Assembly (NCBI RefSeq): GCF_000143415.4
Contig: NW_003314311.1
Coordinates: 745,794 to 809,793, forward strand
Length of the DNA stretch: 64,000 bases
Source: Selaginella moellendorffii
Taxonomy: Eukaryota > Plantae > Lycopodiophyta
Reading direction: 5' to 3'
In this document: positions 62,822-64,000 of the stretch, one piece after another
Numbering within the stretch: the stretch's first letter is position 1
Layout of the letters: each line of letters starts with the position of its first letter
The notes under the pieces: generated by a model
The model's database searches: none
Told to the model about the DNA's origin: nothing
The model's input: the letters and a program-made list of their open reading frames with translations, nothing else
Program-made: the position numbers and the translations under genes

Positions 62822-63135
62822 TGTAAGCTCTTAAGTTTGAACTTCCGAGAAGTCACCCAACCCAGTACTATTTAAACCCAAAGATGCTTGACCCCAAATA
62901 TCCCAAGACCCTTAACTGATTGAAAAAAGGGGTGCACTTTTGTTCATGGGCCATTTCCTTTTATATTTAAACCCTTATAGATTGTCTTTCAAGTTGTTCC
63001 TTTTAGTTGCTTATAATTCATCACGCTTCCCTGCAAATTCACGCCCTCGTGAACGGAAGCTGAGAGTTGTACACTCCCAAGAGCCCCGCTTTCTTGACAC
63101 CCTACCCCTTGGGTCGAGCCCAACGGAGCAAGGGT
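62822..63135 (-). mobile_element. 194-bp-family 3' LTR (62822-63015) with adjacent PPT-side internal sequence
   Basis: Homologous to 40957-41150. On the minus strand it is preceded by GGGAAGCGTGATGAAT and by sequence shared with 21840-21925. Confidence 0.8.
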
Positions 63136-63435
63136 GAGGACTAATGAGCCACAAGGTACTCAAGTGGGCCATCACTCCACATGAGCCAGGAGCACTGTAA
63201 TTGGTTTTCCTTCCTGGAGTGGGAGCTGCTCTTTAGCACTTCCTTGGGTGGCCCCTTTAGCACCACCCGAGTTTATGCTCACTCCCACTCAAGGCCCTTA
63301 AGCTCTAGCCTCAACCTCAAATCAATTTGGAAGCACTATTGAAGAGTTCTTTAAAGATTAGTTTCTGAACCTCATTATCCCTATTGTACTTTTGGAACCC
63401 CTTGTAGCCCCTCCCCTCCCCTAGGAGACACAGGC

Positions 63436-63700
63436 TTTGGGCTTTCACCCCACAACTTGTATTAGTATTTGGACTCGGTCTCGAATTTGATCTCAGACCC
63501 GATCTTGGACCCGACCTTAGACTCTATCTTGGACTCAATCTTGGACCCGATCTCGGATCTCATACTCAATCTCAAACTCGGGCTCGGACTCGGTCTCGAA
63601 CTCGATCTTAGAGTTGGTCTCAGACTCGATCTCAAACTTAGTCTCAAACTTGGTCTTGGAGTTGGTCTTGGACTCAATCTCAGACTCAATCTCATTTAAT
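63436..63700 (+). repeat. (GACTC/GATCTC)n microsatellite tract of a related LTR family
   Basis: Starts TTGGGCTTTCACCC as at 17960; degenerate hexamer repeats. Confidence 0.65.
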
Positions 63701-64000
63701 GAACTCTTTATCATTTTGGTTGTGCTTTTGGGGATCCTTTAGCTTATAACACCTTGGGGAGCTGGTTCTTCACAACTCCACGACCCATAAAAGAAGTTTG
63801 ATGCCCACATCGAACATCTTTTTTTAATCCTATGACTTGTTGACCATGTCTCTAAAGGCATCCTCCCACTTAGCAGTATGCCTAAGTTAACCTCCCCAAC
63901 TCAGAGCCGATAACAATGGGGTATACATCTCCCTAACCCCCTACCTCACTGCGCCTTAGAAGACCAGGCTCAGTATCCACAAATAATTCCCCTGTTTTTT

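Overview
Repeat-saturated nuclear DNA from a land plant. It is probably a seed-free plant such as a lycophyte or bryophyte (inferred from TTTAGGG runs, ~45-60 nt GT-AG introns and the retroelement types). Most of the window is nested, C-to-T-decayed Ty3/gypsy LTR retroelements and solo LTRs. The only host-like gene is a pseudogenised secreted bulb-type (GNA) lectin chimera at 32.4-33.3 kb. The standout is two large DNA transposons with apparently unrelated transposases. Element A (<1-~10311) has a DUF7869/Sola-like transposase. Element B (41264-52822, plus two partial copies) has a MULE-like GCM/DDE/SWIM transposase. Both carry a transposase transcribed divergently from an intron-containing gene encoding a ParB/Srx-like domain fused to a degenerate beta-class N6/N4 DNA-methyltransferase fold; in A this gene apparently extends to an FCP1/HAD phosphatase domain. 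Each element also has its own palindrome family: ~17 dispersed 22-bp ATGGCRTGWGGCCWCAYGCCAT sites, mostly in introns and intergenic DNA, in A, and a tandem array of 96-bp hairpin units in B. This suggests a transposon-borne ParB/parS-like self-recognition or anti-silencing module. That function is inference. All domain calls come from reading motifs by eye and need HMM or structure confirmation.
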